From contig MNTB01000034.1 of NCBI GenBank assembly GCA_001916775.1, positions 3,478-67,477 on the forward strand: a stretch of 64,000 bases of DNA. The letters run 5' to 3'. The translations under genes and the position numbers were made by a program. Within the stretch, counting starts at the first letter, position 1; each line of letters starts with the position of its first letter. Of this stretch, positions 1-9,376 are shown in pieces. This DNA comes from Firmicutes bacterium CAG:321_26_22 (GTDB taxonomy: Bacteria > Bacillota_I > Bacilli_A > RF39 > UBA660). Under the pieces are notes generated by a model, which was given only the letters and a program-made list of their open reading frames with translations, made no database searches and was not told where the DNA came from.

Positions 1-588
1 TAATAAATTTCTTTCTTTTAGAACATTTTTTAAAGTATTAAATACTTCCGAACCCATTCTTAGGTTTTCATGGTATTCTTCTTTATTTGGTACTATCATA
101 AATTCTTGGAAGTCTAGATTATTACTAGCATGAACTCCGCCATTTAAGATATTCATCATACATTTTGGCATACCGTATTCTTTTCCTAAGTATTCATATA
201 ATTCTAAACCTTTATATTTAGCAGCAGCTTTTAGATTAGCTAGTGAAACTCCTAATATGGCATTAGCTCCTAGTACTTCTTTGTTTTCAGTACCATCTTT
301 TTCTAACATGATTCTATCTATTTCTTCTTGATTTAATGAATCTTTTCCTATTAATAATGGTTTTATAATATTATTAACATTGTTTATGGCTTTTAATACA
401 CCTTTACCATGATATCTATTTTTATCATTATCCCTTAGTTCTAATGCTTCATTCTTACCAGTAGATGCTCCACTTGGTACTGATGCTACTGCTTTTATTC
501 CTGATTCTAGTGTTAATTCTACTTCTACGGTAGGATTGCCTCTGGAATCTAATATTTCTCTTGCATATATATTTTTTATTTTACTCAT
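1..588 (-). CDS. eno: enolase (phosphopyruvate hydratase), N-terminal part; gene continues beyond window start
   Basis: Manual translation of the reverse strand gives [25 protein letters not shown]...[14 protein letters not shown]..., the canonical enolase N-terminus. GGAGG RBS upstream of ATG at 586-588. Confidence 0.85.
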   Translation of the reverse strand, partial: MSKIKNIYAREILDSRGNPTVEVELTLESGIKAVASVPSGASTGKNEALELRDNDKNRYHGKGVLKAINNVNNIIKPLLIGKDSLNQEEIDRIMLEKDGTENKEVLGANAILGVSLANLKAAAKYKGLELYEYLGKEYGMPKCMMNILNGGVHASNNLDFQEFMIVPNKEEYHENLRMGSEVFNTLKNVLKERNLL

Positions 589-666
589 ATTTAGCCTCCA
601 TATTAATTATAAAATATTATAGAGAAAAAATCAAGGTAAAAGAAAAAATAGAACACTTTGGTTCTA

Positions 667-918
667 TTAGTATGAGTCAACATTTATTTTAACTAATTTA
701 TTGTTCATATTGAATGAAGCTGCTTGTACTATAGTTCTGATGGAATTTATTGTCTTGCCACCATGACCTATTACTTTTGGCATATCTTCTGATGATACCA
801 TTACTTCAATTAGAATGGTGTTATCTTCATCGGACTCAAATTCTTTTACTGATACTGATTCGGAATCTTTTACTAGTTTTTTTATTATTAACTCTGTAAG
901 TTCTACTAAATTATTCAT
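667..918 (-). CDS. KH-domain RNA-binding protein (YlqC/UPF0109-like)
   Basis: 83 aa, GHGGKTINSIR KH-type motif. Immediately downstream of rpsP as in Firmicutes rpsP-ylqC operons; start overlaps the rpsP stop. Confidence 0.7.
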   Translation of the reverse strand: MNNLVELTELIIKKLVKDSESVSVKEFESDEDNTILIEVMVSSEDMPKVIGHGGKTINSIRTIVQAASFNMNNKLVKINVDSY

Positions 919-1190
919 TATTTACCTTGCTTTAAATTATGGTATTTTTCCATAATTCCTGCTTTACTAAATAAATTTTTAACTGTATCAGTAGGTATTG
1001 CACCATTGTTAAGCCATTTAATTGCAGATTCTTCATTTAATTTAATTTCTGCTGGTGTTGTTAATGGATTATAAGTACCGATTGTATCGATAAATCTTCC
1101 ATCTCTTGGACTTCTAGAGTCTGCTACTACTACACGGTAGAAAGGTGCTTTCTTTGCTCCCATTCTTTTTAATCTAATTTTAACTGCCAT
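918..1190 (-). CDS. rpsP: 30S ribosomal protein S16
   Basis: [34 protein letters not shown] is the canonical S16 N-terminus. Confidence 0.9.
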   Translation of the reverse strand: MAVKIRLKRMGAKKAPFYRVVVADSRSPRDGRFIDTIGTYNPLTTPAEIKLNEESAIKWLNNGAIPTDTVKNLFSKAGIMEKYHNLKQGK

Positions 1191-1214
1191 ATTTATCCCT
1201 CGCTTTCTTTATGT

Positions 1215-1243
1215 ATTTTATCACAAAAAAAATATACTGTCAA
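1215..1243 (-). promoter_or_regulatory. sigma-A-type promoter for rpsP (TTGACA-17-TAAAAT on minus strand)
   Basis: rc of 1238-1243 is TTGACA and rc of 1215-1220 is TAAAAT, with a 17-nt spacer. GAGGG RBS before the rpsP ATG. Confidence 0.5.
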
Positions 1244-1279
1244 CTATTTTTTGTTACAGTATATGTTTATTTTATATAT

Positions 1280-1897
1280 TTATGATAATGTTGCTTGTAG
1301 TTTATCTGATGGCGATCCTACTAATTCAAAACCTATAGCTCCATTAAATGTTTTGGAATAGTCTGACGACTGATCACTATTAGTATCAGATAGCCATATT
1401 GCTAAATAGTATGTTTTTGTTCCTGTACTTGTTATAGATACTTGGGTAGTTCCTTTTTTGAAATATACTAAATCATTAGCAGTCTTTGATATGGTCATGA
1501 CATCTGTTATAGCATTATAACTTGAATCAAATATTTGATACTTTAAATTAGTTGTAGTATAAGTAGTGGTATTTGTTTTGACATAACCATATAGATTTTC
1601 TGAAGCATTGGTATTTGTTAATGTTATTGTATATAGGGAACATACTTCATAATTATTTTTATCTATACATTTATTACTACTTTTGGTTATGGCTGTTTTT
1701 ATTTTACTATCTTGTAATGGTACTAAGTTAGTTGAAGACTTTGTAGTAGTTAAATTTAATGTTGATACTATACCTTTTTCTATTTCTCCAGTGAATGTTT
1801 TGGTATCTTGAGATACATAATAGGCATATGTTGCTCCGAATGTTAGAGCACTAATTATTAAGACGGCCATTACTGATATATATATTTTGTTTTTCAT
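1280..1897 (-). CDS. secreted protein with SipW-cognate class signal peptide (TasA/camelysin-like)
   Basis: N-terminal TM segment followed by FGATYAYYVSQDT, resembling the GGT.AYF[ST]D SipW-cognate motif. Thr/Ser-rich mature part. Confidence 0.55.
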   Translation of the reverse strand: MKNKIYISVMAVLIISALTFGATYAYYVSQDTKTFTGEIEKGIVSTLNLTTTKSSTNLVPLQDSKIKTAITKSSNKCIDKNNYEVCSLYTITLTNTNASENLYGYVKTNTTTYTTTNLKYQIFDSSYNAITDVMTISKTANDLVYFKKGTTQVSITSTGTKTYYLAIWLSDTNSDQSSDYSKTFNGAIGFELVGSPSDKLQATLS

Positions 1898-1908
1898 TTT
1901 TTGACCTC

Positions 1909-2589
1909 CTATACGCCAATGGATGAATTACTATCTGATGCTGATTTTTTTCCATCAACACTAGCTGTAAGTCTTCCACCTTCAGAAGTTCTATATGTTA
2001 CATCAGCAGTAAATACTTCTCCTGCATCTGTTTCATCTTGTTCTTTATTGTTGTCTGTAAGCCATATTAATAATATGAATTTTTTTGATGGATAAATACC
2101 ATCTGTTGCTTTTGCTAAAGAAAATTTATTTCCTAATGTTAATCCTGATGGTTTATCTTTATCTATATGGGTTGTATCTACATATGTATTTCCATCTTCA
2201 TCTAATACCATATAACTTAAGTTTTCGATGGTTCCCAAATTGAAATCTATTGTGCCTTCTACTTCTGTTTTTTCTTCATAGTTGAATACTTCTAATCCAT
2301 ATGCAAGGCAAGCTCCACTACCTAGGTCATCTTTACAACGTTGATTATAAGCTCTAGTTATGTATTCGTCTTTTAATGGAATTAATTCATGTCCAGTATA
2401 TAATGGTGAAACTCCTAATCCTAGTACGACTTTTCCTGATTTGACTGCTAAGGCATCTATTTTACTCATAGTAGATAATGTGAAATAAGAAAGTGTTCCT
2501 CCTATTAAAAGAATTATCATACTTAGAACGGTTGTTACTAATAAAAACTTATTTATCTTATTACTATTATTTTCTTTCATATTTACCAT
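1909..2589 (-). CDS. secreted protein with SipW-cognate class signal peptide (TasA/camelysin-like)
   Basis: Signal region ...IILLIGGTLSYFTLSTMSK contains a textbook GGTLSYF SipW-cognate motif. Tandem with 1280..1897. Confidence 0.6.
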   Translation of the reverse strand: MVNMKENNSNKINKFLLVTTVLSMIILLIGGTLSYFTLSTMSKIDALAVKSGKVVLGLGVSPLYTGHELIPLKDEYITRAYNQRCKDDLGSGACLAYGLEVFNYEEKTEVEGTIDFNLGTIENLSYMVLDEDGNTYVDTTHIDKDKPSGLTLGNKFSLAKATDGIYPSKKFILLIWLTDNNKEQDETDAGEVFTADVTYRTSEGGRLTASVDGKKSASDSNSSIGV

Positions 2590-2667
2590 TCCTTACTATT
2601 ATAATAATACCAAATTATTAGTAGTTTTTCAAGTATTTTTATATGTTTAATTTAAATTTTTATACCT

Positions 2668-2722
2668 TTCATGAAATGCCTAAGTCATTTCATGTCATTA
2701 CTAGCCTATTCTATAGTCTAGT
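2668..2722. repeat. dispersed intergenic element, type 'CATGAAATG hairpin + CTAGCCT..AGTCTA hairpin' (copy 1 of 3)
   Basis: ttcatgaaatgcctaagtcatttcatgtc...ctagcctattctatagtctag. Near-identical architecture at 27180 and 51192. Confidence 0.6.
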
Positions 2723-2851
2723 AATGAATAACTATAAGATATTATATTCATGGTGAAATACTTTCTAACTTAGATAATTCCAAATAAAAAGAAAGATAAC
2801 TAGTATCTTTATAGTTAGAATATCTTGGTAATATTTTATATAATTTTTTTA

Positions 2852-2887
2852 TGATAGAGACTATTATATAGGCTCTATCATACCGCG
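2852..2887. repeat. dispersed intergenic hairpin element TGATAGAG-ACTATTATATAGG-CTCTATCA(TACCGCG)
   Basis: Inverted near-identical copy at 13706-13740 (tgatagTgactattatataggctctatca). Related copies at 6360, 42185, 56863. Confidence 0.6.
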
Positions 2888-2934
2888 TAAAACATAAACT
2901 TGTTTATGGTTGAAGTGGCAAAAAAAGAATAAAT

Positions 2935-3144
2935 TTACATAAACTTATTCATTTGTTTCATCATTTGATTTACTTGTTTTTGAGATGGTGTCCTTCCCAT
3001 CTGACTCATCATAGTCTTAATCATTTGCTCATTAATAGGAGGATTCTTTTTTAATTCTTTTTTCATTAATTTTCTAGCTACTAGAAAACCAATAACTAAT
3101 CCTACTACTAAACCTATTACTATATATAATATATCCCAAAGCAT
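2935..3144 (-). CDS. yneF: UPF0154 family membrane protein (YneF-like)
   Basis: [25 protein letters not shown]...[31 protein letters not shown] matches the conserved UPF0154/YneF sequence. Confidence 0.8.
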   Translation of the reverse strand: MLWDILYIVIGLVVGLVIGFLVARKLMKKELKKNPPINEQMIKTMMSQMGRTPSQKQVNQMMKQMNKFM

Positions 3145-3165
3145 ATTATTCTCTCCTCTCTATAG

Positions 3166-3603
3166 TTATTGTACTATTAAATTATTATTTTGTAAAGAAT
3201 TTAATTTAGATAGCCAAAAATAATCCATATTTTTAAAATCACAGACAAATAAATTGTTATTATAATTATTTATATCATTAAAGAAAATACTATAGTTATT
3301 TTCTGTTTCTATCTTAATATTATAATTATTTATTCTTAAAATACTCTTATCAGTTGTATTTAAATAATGAATATTATCTTTTCTCTTATATCCATATTTA
3401 TATTTATATTCATTATAAATATATTCATTTAACATTATCTTATTAAAAGGATTTGCTATTTCTTCTAATACATGATAGGCTTTAATACTATTATAATCTC
3501 TAGAATAATATATTTCCTCAAATATTTTATACATCTTAAAAGGTTTATCTTTATACATATAACTATAATATTTATTAACATTAAAAATATAGTATGTTCT
3601 CAT
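3166..3603 (-). CDS. hypothetical Tyr/Asn-rich protein
   Basis: 145-aa ORF with strong low-complexity Y/N/K composition; no recognisable motif. Confidence 0.35.
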   Translation of the reverse strand: MRTYYIFNVNKYYSYMYKDKPFKMYKIFEEIYYSRDYNSIKAYHVLEEIANPFNKIMLNEYIYNEYKYKYGYKRKDNIHYLNTTDKSILRINNYNIKIETENNYSIFFNDINNYNNNLFVCDFKNMDYFWLSKLNSLQNNNLIVQ

Positions 3604-3653
3604 TTATATCACCATAAATAAAATATCATACTATATTTATTTATTTTGTCGAA

Positions 3654-5654
3654 TTATAAATTATTCTTTATTTTTATTACTAAATCAGTCATATCTAATT
3701 CAAAGAAATTTAATACTTCTTTTTCACTACCACTCTTACCAAAGGTTGGTATGTTAACAAAATCTTCATCAGATGAGATAAAGCGATACCAATTGGCATC
3801 ATTTGATAATTCTATAACCATACGACGATATCCTGTTGGTAAGACCTGCTCCTGATAATCTTTGTCTTGTTTTAGGAATAAATTCATATTGGGCATTGAT
3901 ACTACTCTGGCTTCAATATAATTCTTTAGTAATTCTTCTTTTATATTAACCGCTAATTCTACTTCACTACCTGTTGCTATTATTACTAAATCTAATCTTG
4001 TTCTTACTTCGCTAATTACGTAACCACCACGCGCTACTTTATTTGGATTAGTGTATTTCATTGTGTTGTTATGACCACGAGGTAATATTAAGGCTGATGG
4101 TTTACCTTCTCTTAGAATATTTGTCCAAGAACCCATTAGTTCTTTATAATCAGCAGGTCTATATACTGATAAATTAGGTATACTTCTTAAGGCTCCTAGT
4201 TGTTCTACTGGCTCGTGAGTTGGTCCATCCTCTCCTACTCTAACACTATCATGAGTAAAGATATATGTTACTGGTAAGTTCATCATGGCACTCATTCTAA
4301 TAGATGGTTTCATATAATCAGAAAAGGCTAAGAATGTACTTCCATAACTACGAATATTAGTTAAGGCTAAACCATTTAAGACCGCTCCCATAAGATTCTC
4401 TCTAACACCAAAGTTAATATTACGACCAGAATAATCATCTACTGAAAACTCATTCTTTCCTTTTAGATATGTCTTAGTACTACAGAATAAATCAGCTGAA
4501 CCTCCCATAAAGTTTGGTATAAAGGTACTAATAACATTCATTATTTGATAATTTATATCACGCATTGCTTTATCTTCAAATATCTTACTAGTATCAATAA
4601 CTGCTGCTATATCAAGAGATATTTTTTCATTTTCTATTACTAAATTTATTTTATCTCTTTCACTATCAGTAGCATTAGCTATATACATTTCATATTCAGA
4701 ATACCAATTGCGATAATAATCTTCAGTTCCATCTTTAATAAACTTCATAGCATTATTTCTGTCATTTTCACTATAGGTAAAGGCTGGTCCTCCTTTTAAT
4801 TTTGTTCTTATTTCTTCTAAGTCTTCTTTTTCTAAATTAGAATGAATACGATTAGTTCCTTCATACTTAGAATATATACCTAGGGTTGTTTTTATTTCTA
4901 TTAATACTGGTTTCTTACTCTTTTTGGCTTTTTCGATAGCATTAGATATTTCACCAATATTTTCGCCATCTTTTACTTTAATTACTTCCCAGTTCATTGA
5001 AGCAAATCTATCAGGAATATTTTCATACATAGCTTTATCTAAATCACCATCAGCAGTTACACCATTGGAGTCATATAGAACAATTAAATTATCTAAGCCT
5101 AGATTGCCCGCTAGGGAAGCTGCTTCATAAGATATTCCTTCCATTAGGTCACCATCAGATACTAAGGTATATATCTTATAGTCAAAGACAATGTTTTTCT
5201 TTTTATTAAAGGTGCTTTCTAAATATTTTTCACCAATAGCTAATCCTACTGATGTAGCAAAGCCTTCTCCTAATGGACCTGTTGTTACTTCAATACGATT
5301 GTTTAAATTATATTCAGGATGACCAGTACACTGAGAATTTATTTTACGAAAGTTTTTTAATTCTTCTAGATTAAATTCATCTAATAAATAATATAATGTA
5401 CTATATAATAAGGCTGAACCATGACCTGCACTTAATACAAATCTATCTCTATTACACCATGCTTTTCTTTCTAAATCAAATTTTAGGTGATATGCAAATA
5501 GTGTATATAGTGTGGGAGCAGCATCTAGAGCTATTCCTGGATGACCAGATCCCGCTGCATTTATCATATCTAATGCTAATAATCTTATATCATTTACAAT
5601 TCTTTTTTCATTTAGTTTCATATTTCTACCTACCTTATAATTTAATTCTATCAT
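3654..5654 (-). CDS. tkt: transketolase
   Basis: LDMINAAGSGHPG TPP-binding motif and a 666-aa length typical of Tkt. The true start may be the internal MKLNEK. Confidence 0.9.
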   Translation of the reverse strand: MIELNYKVGRNMKLNEKRIVNDIRLLALDMINAAGSGHPGIALDAAPTLYTLFAYHLKFDLERKAWCNRDRFVLSAGHGSALLYSTLYYLLDEFNLEELKNFRKINSQCTGHPEYNLNNRIEVTTGPLGEGFATSVGLAIGEKYLESTFNKKKNIVFDYKIYTLVSDGDLMEGISYEAASLAGNLGLDNLIVLYDSNGVTADGDLDKAMYENIPDRFASMNWEVIKVKDGENIGEISNAIEKAKKSKKPVLIEIKTTLGIYSKYEGTNRIHSNLEKEDLEEIRTKLKGGPAFTYSENDRNNAMKFIKDGTEDYYRNWYSEYEMYIANATDSERDKINLVIENEKISLDIAAVIDTSKIFEDKAMRDINYQIMNVISTFIPNFMGGSADLFCSTKTYLKGKNEFSVDDYSGRNINFGVRENLMGAVLNGLALTNIRSYGSTFLAFSDYMKPSIRMSAMMNLPVTYIFTHDSVRVGEDGPTHEPVEQLGALRSIPNLSVYRPADYKELMGSWTNILREGKPSALILPRGHNNTMKYTNPNKVARGGYVISEVRTRLDLVIIATGSEVELAVNIKEELLKNYIEARVVSMPNMNLFLKQDKDYQEQVLPTGYRRMVIELSNDANWYRFISSDEDFVNIPTFGKSGSEKEVLNFFELDMTDLVIKIKNNL

Positions 5655-5721
5655 AATTTAGTGAAAAATAAAAGAAGAAATATTATTTTCTCCTTTAGTT
5701 ATGGGTTTTTATGTAAACTAT

Positions 5722-6306
5722 TTAATTGACTTCGAGTAATTTTTTTATTTTTAAGAAGAATGATTCTTTTTCGTCTTTCTTTGTTACTTCTAGTAATTTT
5801 TTAAATAATCTTATTTCATCCTTTTTAAAAACTACTTCTTTAGAACCTACTTCAATTAATCTTATTACTTCTTCTATTTTATACCATCTTACAAAACTTA
5901 ATTCTTCCTTTTGAATTGTAAAGTCTTCAGCCTTTTGATTACATATTACATAATATGGATACATATAATGATTGTTATATTTTTCCTCGACTAAATACTT
6001 ATCACAAAGTGGATGAAGATCTTCTTTTTTTATTTTTAATCCTACTTCTTCTTTAGTTTCTCTTACAGCACATGTTAATATATCTTCACGATATGATTGA
6101 TGGCCAGCGATTACTCCTAATTTATTAGGACAAAATCTTCGATTCTTACTTCTTCTTTGAAGTAATACTTCTCCTTTATCATTTATGATATATATAGTTA
6201 CTTCATTATGTAATTTACCTCTATTATGTAATTCTTCTCTTTCTATTATTTCATTAGTATCATTTCCTAGTTTATCTACTACCCTTAATAATTCCATTCT
6301 TATCAC
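5722..6306 (-). CDS. NUDIX hydrolase
   Basis: Nudix box GHQSYREDILTCAVRETKEEVGL (GX5EX7REUXEEXGU). Confidence 0.75.
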   Translation of the reverse strand: MIRMELLRVVDKLGNDTNEIIEREELHNRGKLHNEVTIYIINDKGEVLLQRRSKNRRFCPNKLGVIAGHQSYREDILTCAVRETKEEVGLKIKKEDLHPLCDKYLVEEKYNNHYMYPYYVICNQKAEDFTIQKEELSFVRWYKIEEVIRLIEVGSKEVVFKKDEIRLFKKLLEVTKKDEKESFFLKIKKLLEVN

Positions 6307-6359
6307 CTACATTACTCTTATAGTATATCATACTTTTGATATTTTTTACATAGTTTTAA

Positions 6360-6424
6360 TCATAGAGACTATACTTAGGCTCTATGATTCCTAATGAAGA
6401 CTTATGTTATAAGGCTTCATAGGC
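6360..6424. repeat. dispersed intergenic element (TCATAGAG..CTCTATGA hairpin + TAAGGCTTCATAGG tail)
   Basis: Shares modules with 42185-42246 (AAGGCTTCATAGG identical) and 56863-56926. Confidence 0.55.
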
Positions 6425-6453
6425 AAAAAAGAAAGAACTCTTATTTATTAATT

Positions 6454-7713
6454 GTACGTTTGTAAATGATGTGAAACAATATTTTTTGTAAAAATGACTC
6501 AATTTGATTATTGGGTTGTTTTTTTCTTTGCTACTATATAAATAACACAGAAATGAATTTAGTCAATGATTAACGTTAGTTAAATTTATTTTGCATTGAC
6601 TAAAGAAATGAATGTGTTATGCTGTACAAGCAAAGAAACAATTAATTCTTTTCTTTTTTCTAATGGCGTTAAATAATTTAAACAAGCCATTGGTATTTTA
6701 TTACTTCTTTCTAAATATGCTTTTCCTTTTTCTCTTAAGTCTTCTAAATTATTAATTATTAATGTATTGTAAAACCTCTCGTTATCATTTCTGTGACTTC
6801 TTTCTACTTTTCCATTATGTCTTGGAGTTCTTGGTCTTATTTTGTGATGATCTATATCCAACTTTAAGCACAAATCATCTAAAGGATGTAGCTTTTTCAT
6901 TTTGCTTTGATTCCAAGTAAACTCTGTACCATTATCAGTTTGTATTTCTGAAGGTTTATATTCAAAATAAGAAATACATCTTTTTACAAAATCTACGGTA
7001 TTGGCAGGAGTATGTTCATCATACCAATATAAAAACCTTTCCCTTGTTGCTTCATCAATGCATGTATATTGATAATATTTCTTATCTAACGGTACTTTGT
7101 CACTTAAGCATATAGAAGGAACATATTTAACATCTATTTGCCATTTTTCACCAAGCATACTAGGTGTAAAATACTTTTTAGGAATATATTTAGAAGTTCC
7201 AGTAATATTAATTTGTTTATAGTAACCTAATTTTCTCATTACTCTATATAAGCTACCAATGTTTCTTTTATATCCTTTATTTATTCTTAATTTATACCAT
7301 ATTTCGCCAAGAGTAAGATTATCATTTTTATGTCTCTTTAACAAATCTTTTATCCATTTTATTTCTTCCTTTGTATGAGCATTAGGATGCGGAGAGTGCG
7401 GTCTATGCGATTTATCCATAAGAGATTCTAATGTACCATCATAAGCTTTATTCCATCTATATAAAGATGTTCTGGAAATATGATATTTTCTTAGCACATA
7501 ACTAATTGAATTTCCATTTCTATAAGTTTTTACAGCATTTTCACGAGTTTTAATATCGTGTGGCAAATATCTTTTGCTTTTTTCTTTATTTTCATTTATA
7601 ATATTCATAGTGATTCAAGTCCTTTCAAAATAATATTTTTGGTTCAACTCAATATTATACAACTTGAATCACTTTTTTTGTATAGAAATGTTTCGCATCA
7701 ATTGTAACACAAC
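6454..7713 (-). mobile_element. Insertion sequence (IS481 / ISNCY-IS1202-like) with ~27-bp imperfect terminal inverted repeats, flanked by a 27-bp direct repeat
   Basis: Single DDE transposase ORF. Imperfect IRs GTACGTTTGTAAATGATGTGAAACAAT (6454-6480) versus rc of 7687-7713 GTTGTGTTACAATTGATGCGAAACATT (18/27 matches). Direct repeat AAAAGAAAGAACTCTTATTTATTAATT at 6427-6453 and 7714-7740. Confidence 0.75.
6586..7608 (-). CDS. DDE transposase (rve integrase core; IS481/IS1202-group-like) with N-terminal HTH
   Basis: KWQIDVKYV (D), IQTDNGTEFT (D), RPRTPRHNGKVERSHRN (E) form an integrase-core DDE triad. N-terminal HTH (YVLRKYHISRTSLYRW). Confidence 0.8.
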   Translation of the reverse strand: MNIINENKEKSKRYLPHDIKTRENAVKTYRNGNSISYVLRKYHISRTSLYRWNKAYDGTLESLMDKSHRPHSPHPNAHTKEEIKWIKDLLKRHKNDNLTLGEIWYKLRINKGYKRNIGSLYRVMRKLGYYKQINITGTSKYIPKKYFTPSMLGEKWQIDVKYVPSICLSDKVPLDKKYYQYTCIDEATRERFLYWYDEHTPANTVDFVKRCISYFEYKPSEIQTDNGTEFTWNQSKMKKLHPLDDLCLKLDIDHHKIRPRTPRHNGKVERSHRNDNERFYNTLIINNLEDLREKGKAYLERSNKIPMACLNYLTPLEKRKELIVSLLVQHNTFISLVNAK

Positions 7714-7727
7714 AAAAGAAAGAACTC

Positions 7728-9125
7728 TTATTTATTAATTTTATAAGTAGTTCCTTCTCTTGTATCAATTAATTCTATACCTTTAGTTAATAGTTCATCT
7801 CTAATAGCATCTGATAAAGCATAATCTTTATTTTGTTTAGCTATTTTTCTTTCTTCTATTTTATCTTGAATATATTTTTCTAGTTCTGAATCTATATTAT
7901 TATCTTCTTTAATTAAGTCAAGGCTTAATATTTTATCAAAGTCTTCAATTAAATATCTTTTTGTAGTACCATTTACGGTATCATCTTTTATTAAATCATA
8001 TAGTATTGTTATACTATTAGCGGTATTTAAGTCATTAGATAATTCTTCTTTAAATCTATCTTGATATTCTTTTACTTTATCTTCTTGGAGACTACCTTCT
8101 TCTTTAATTAAAGATATCTTATTTATTAATTTATTATATTGATTTTGTACTTGTTCTAAAACAGAATATGAGAAGACTAATTGTTTACGATAATGACTTA
8201 ATAAACACATAAATCTAAAGGCTAATGGATTATAACCATTTTCTTTTAAAACACTTACTGATAAGACTGCTCCTTTACTCTTACTCATTTTACCTGATTC
8301 ATCCATAAGATGTTCATTATGAAACCAATAATTACACCATTTATGTCCTAGATATGCTTCACTTTGAGCTATTTCATTAGTATGATGTGGGAAGATATTA
8401 TCTACTCCTCCACCATGAATATCAAGATGTTCACCAAGATATTTTAAACTAATTCCGGTACATTCTATATGCCAACCGGGATAACCTACTCCAAATGGTG
8501 AATCCCATTTTAAATCTTGATCTTCAAACTTACTCTTAGTAAACCATAGGGCAAAGTCCGCTTGATTTCTCTTATTATCATCAAAGTCTACTCCTTCACG
8601 AACTCCAACGACCATATCATCTTCTTTATGGTTAGTTAATTTATAGTAATCTTCTAATTTACTTACATCAAAGTAAACATTACCTCCGGCTTCATAAGCA
8701 TAACCATCCTCTAGTAACTTGGATATTATTTTAATATATTCATCAATATTATCGGTAGCAGGACTTACTACATCTGGTCTACGACAATTTAACATATCAA
8801 AATCTTTAAAGAAAGCATCAGTATAAAATTTGGCTATATCCATAACTGATTTATGTTCTTTCTTAGCACTAGCTACCATTTTATCTTCACCAGAGTCAGA
8901 GTCACTCTTTAAATGTCCAACATCAGTAATATTCATTACTCTTTTTACATCATAGCCTAAATATCTTAAGGTCTTATCTAAAATATCATGACCTATATAA
9001 TTACGCATATTACCTATATGAGCATAATGATATACTGTTGGGCCACATGTATAGAAACCTACTTTATTACCTTCATATGGTATAAATTCTTCTTTTTGTC
9101 TTGTTAATGTGTTATATAATTTCAT
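7728..9125 (-). CDS. cysS: cysteine--tRNA ligase
   Basis: Class I aaRS HIGH-like (HIGN) and KMSKS (GKMSKSKG) motifs; 465 aa. The zinc-binding Cys context is typical of CysRS. Confidence 0.92.
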   Translation of the reverse strand: MKLYNTLTRQKEEFIPYEGNKVGFYTCGPTVYHYAHIGNMRNYIGHDILDKTLRYLGYDVKRVMNITDVGHLKSDSDSGEDKMVASAKKEHKSVMDIAKFYTDAFFKDFDMLNCRRPDVVSPATDNIDEYIKIISKLLEDGYAYEAGGNVYFDVSKLEDYYKLTNHKEDDMVVGVREGVDFDDNKRNQADFALWFTKSKFEDQDLKWDSPFGVGYPGWHIECTGISLKYLGEHLDIHGGGVDNIFPHHTNEIAQSEAYLGHKWCNYWFHNEHLMDESGKMSKSKGAVLSVSVLKENGYNPLAFRFMCLLSHYRKQLVFSYSVLEQVQNQYNKLINKISLIKEEGSLQEDKVKEYQDRFKEELSNDLNTANSITILYDLIKDDTVNGTTKRYLIEDFDKILSLDLIKEDNNIDSELEKYIQDKIEERKIAKQNKDYALSDAIRDELLTKGIELIDTREGTTYKINK

Positions 9126-9159
9126 TTTAATCCTCCTAATTATTATATTTTTATTTATT

Positions 9160-9191
9160 ATATAAAAGAACTTATCTATTATGATAAGTCC
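9160..9191 (-). terminator. intrinsic terminator in cysS leader (GGACUUAUC-AUAAUA-GAUAAGUUC-UUUUAU)
   Basis: 9-bp stem (8 WC + 1 GU) followed by a U-run on the minus-strand transcript. Lies between the leader ORF and the cysS RBS (TAGGAGG). Confidence 0.5.
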
Positions 9192-9203
9192 TCTTCGTAT
9201 ACT

Positions 9204-9287
9204 TTATTTATCTTGTAAGCATAAGGAAATAGACCTATCATTTAATAGATCTTGACAACACATTTTATTAGTAGTAAGTCTATTCAT
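9204..9287 (-). CDS. putative cysS leader peptide (27 aa: MNRLTTNKMCCQDLLNDRSISLCLQDK) with tandem Cys codons
   Basis: Small ORF with an AGGAAGAG RBS, downstream of promoter TTGACT-17-TAAAAT (9314-9342) and upstream of the terminator. Contains UGU UGU plus UGC codons; segments for alternative hairpins are present. Confidence 0.35.
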   Translation of the reverse strand: MNRLTTNKMCCQDLLNDRSISLCLQDK

Positions 9288-9313
9288 AGTATCTCTTCCT
9301 TTCTTACAATATT

Positions 9314-9342
9314 ATTTTATAATAAATTATTTATTTAGTCAA
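9314..9342 (-). promoter_or_regulatory. sigma-A-type promoter of the cysS leader (TTGACT-17-TAAAAT)
   Basis: rc of 9337-9342 is TTGACT, rc of 9314-9319 is TAAAAT, spacer 17 nt. Confidence 0.5.
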
Positions 9343-9376
9343 TTATTATTTCTTATTCCTGTTAAATAATTCGTAA

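Noticed and set aside
6427-7740. Considered that the 27-bp direct repeat flanking the IS is just a duplicated terminator or repeat element rather than a target-site duplication
   Set aside because: This cannot be fully excluded, because the repeat includes the tail of a dispersed element. However, the repeats are perfectly identical, abut the IS ends symmetrically (14 bp outside the conserved IR core on each side), and the right copy is the native cysS 3' end. A TSD is the most parsimonious explanation.
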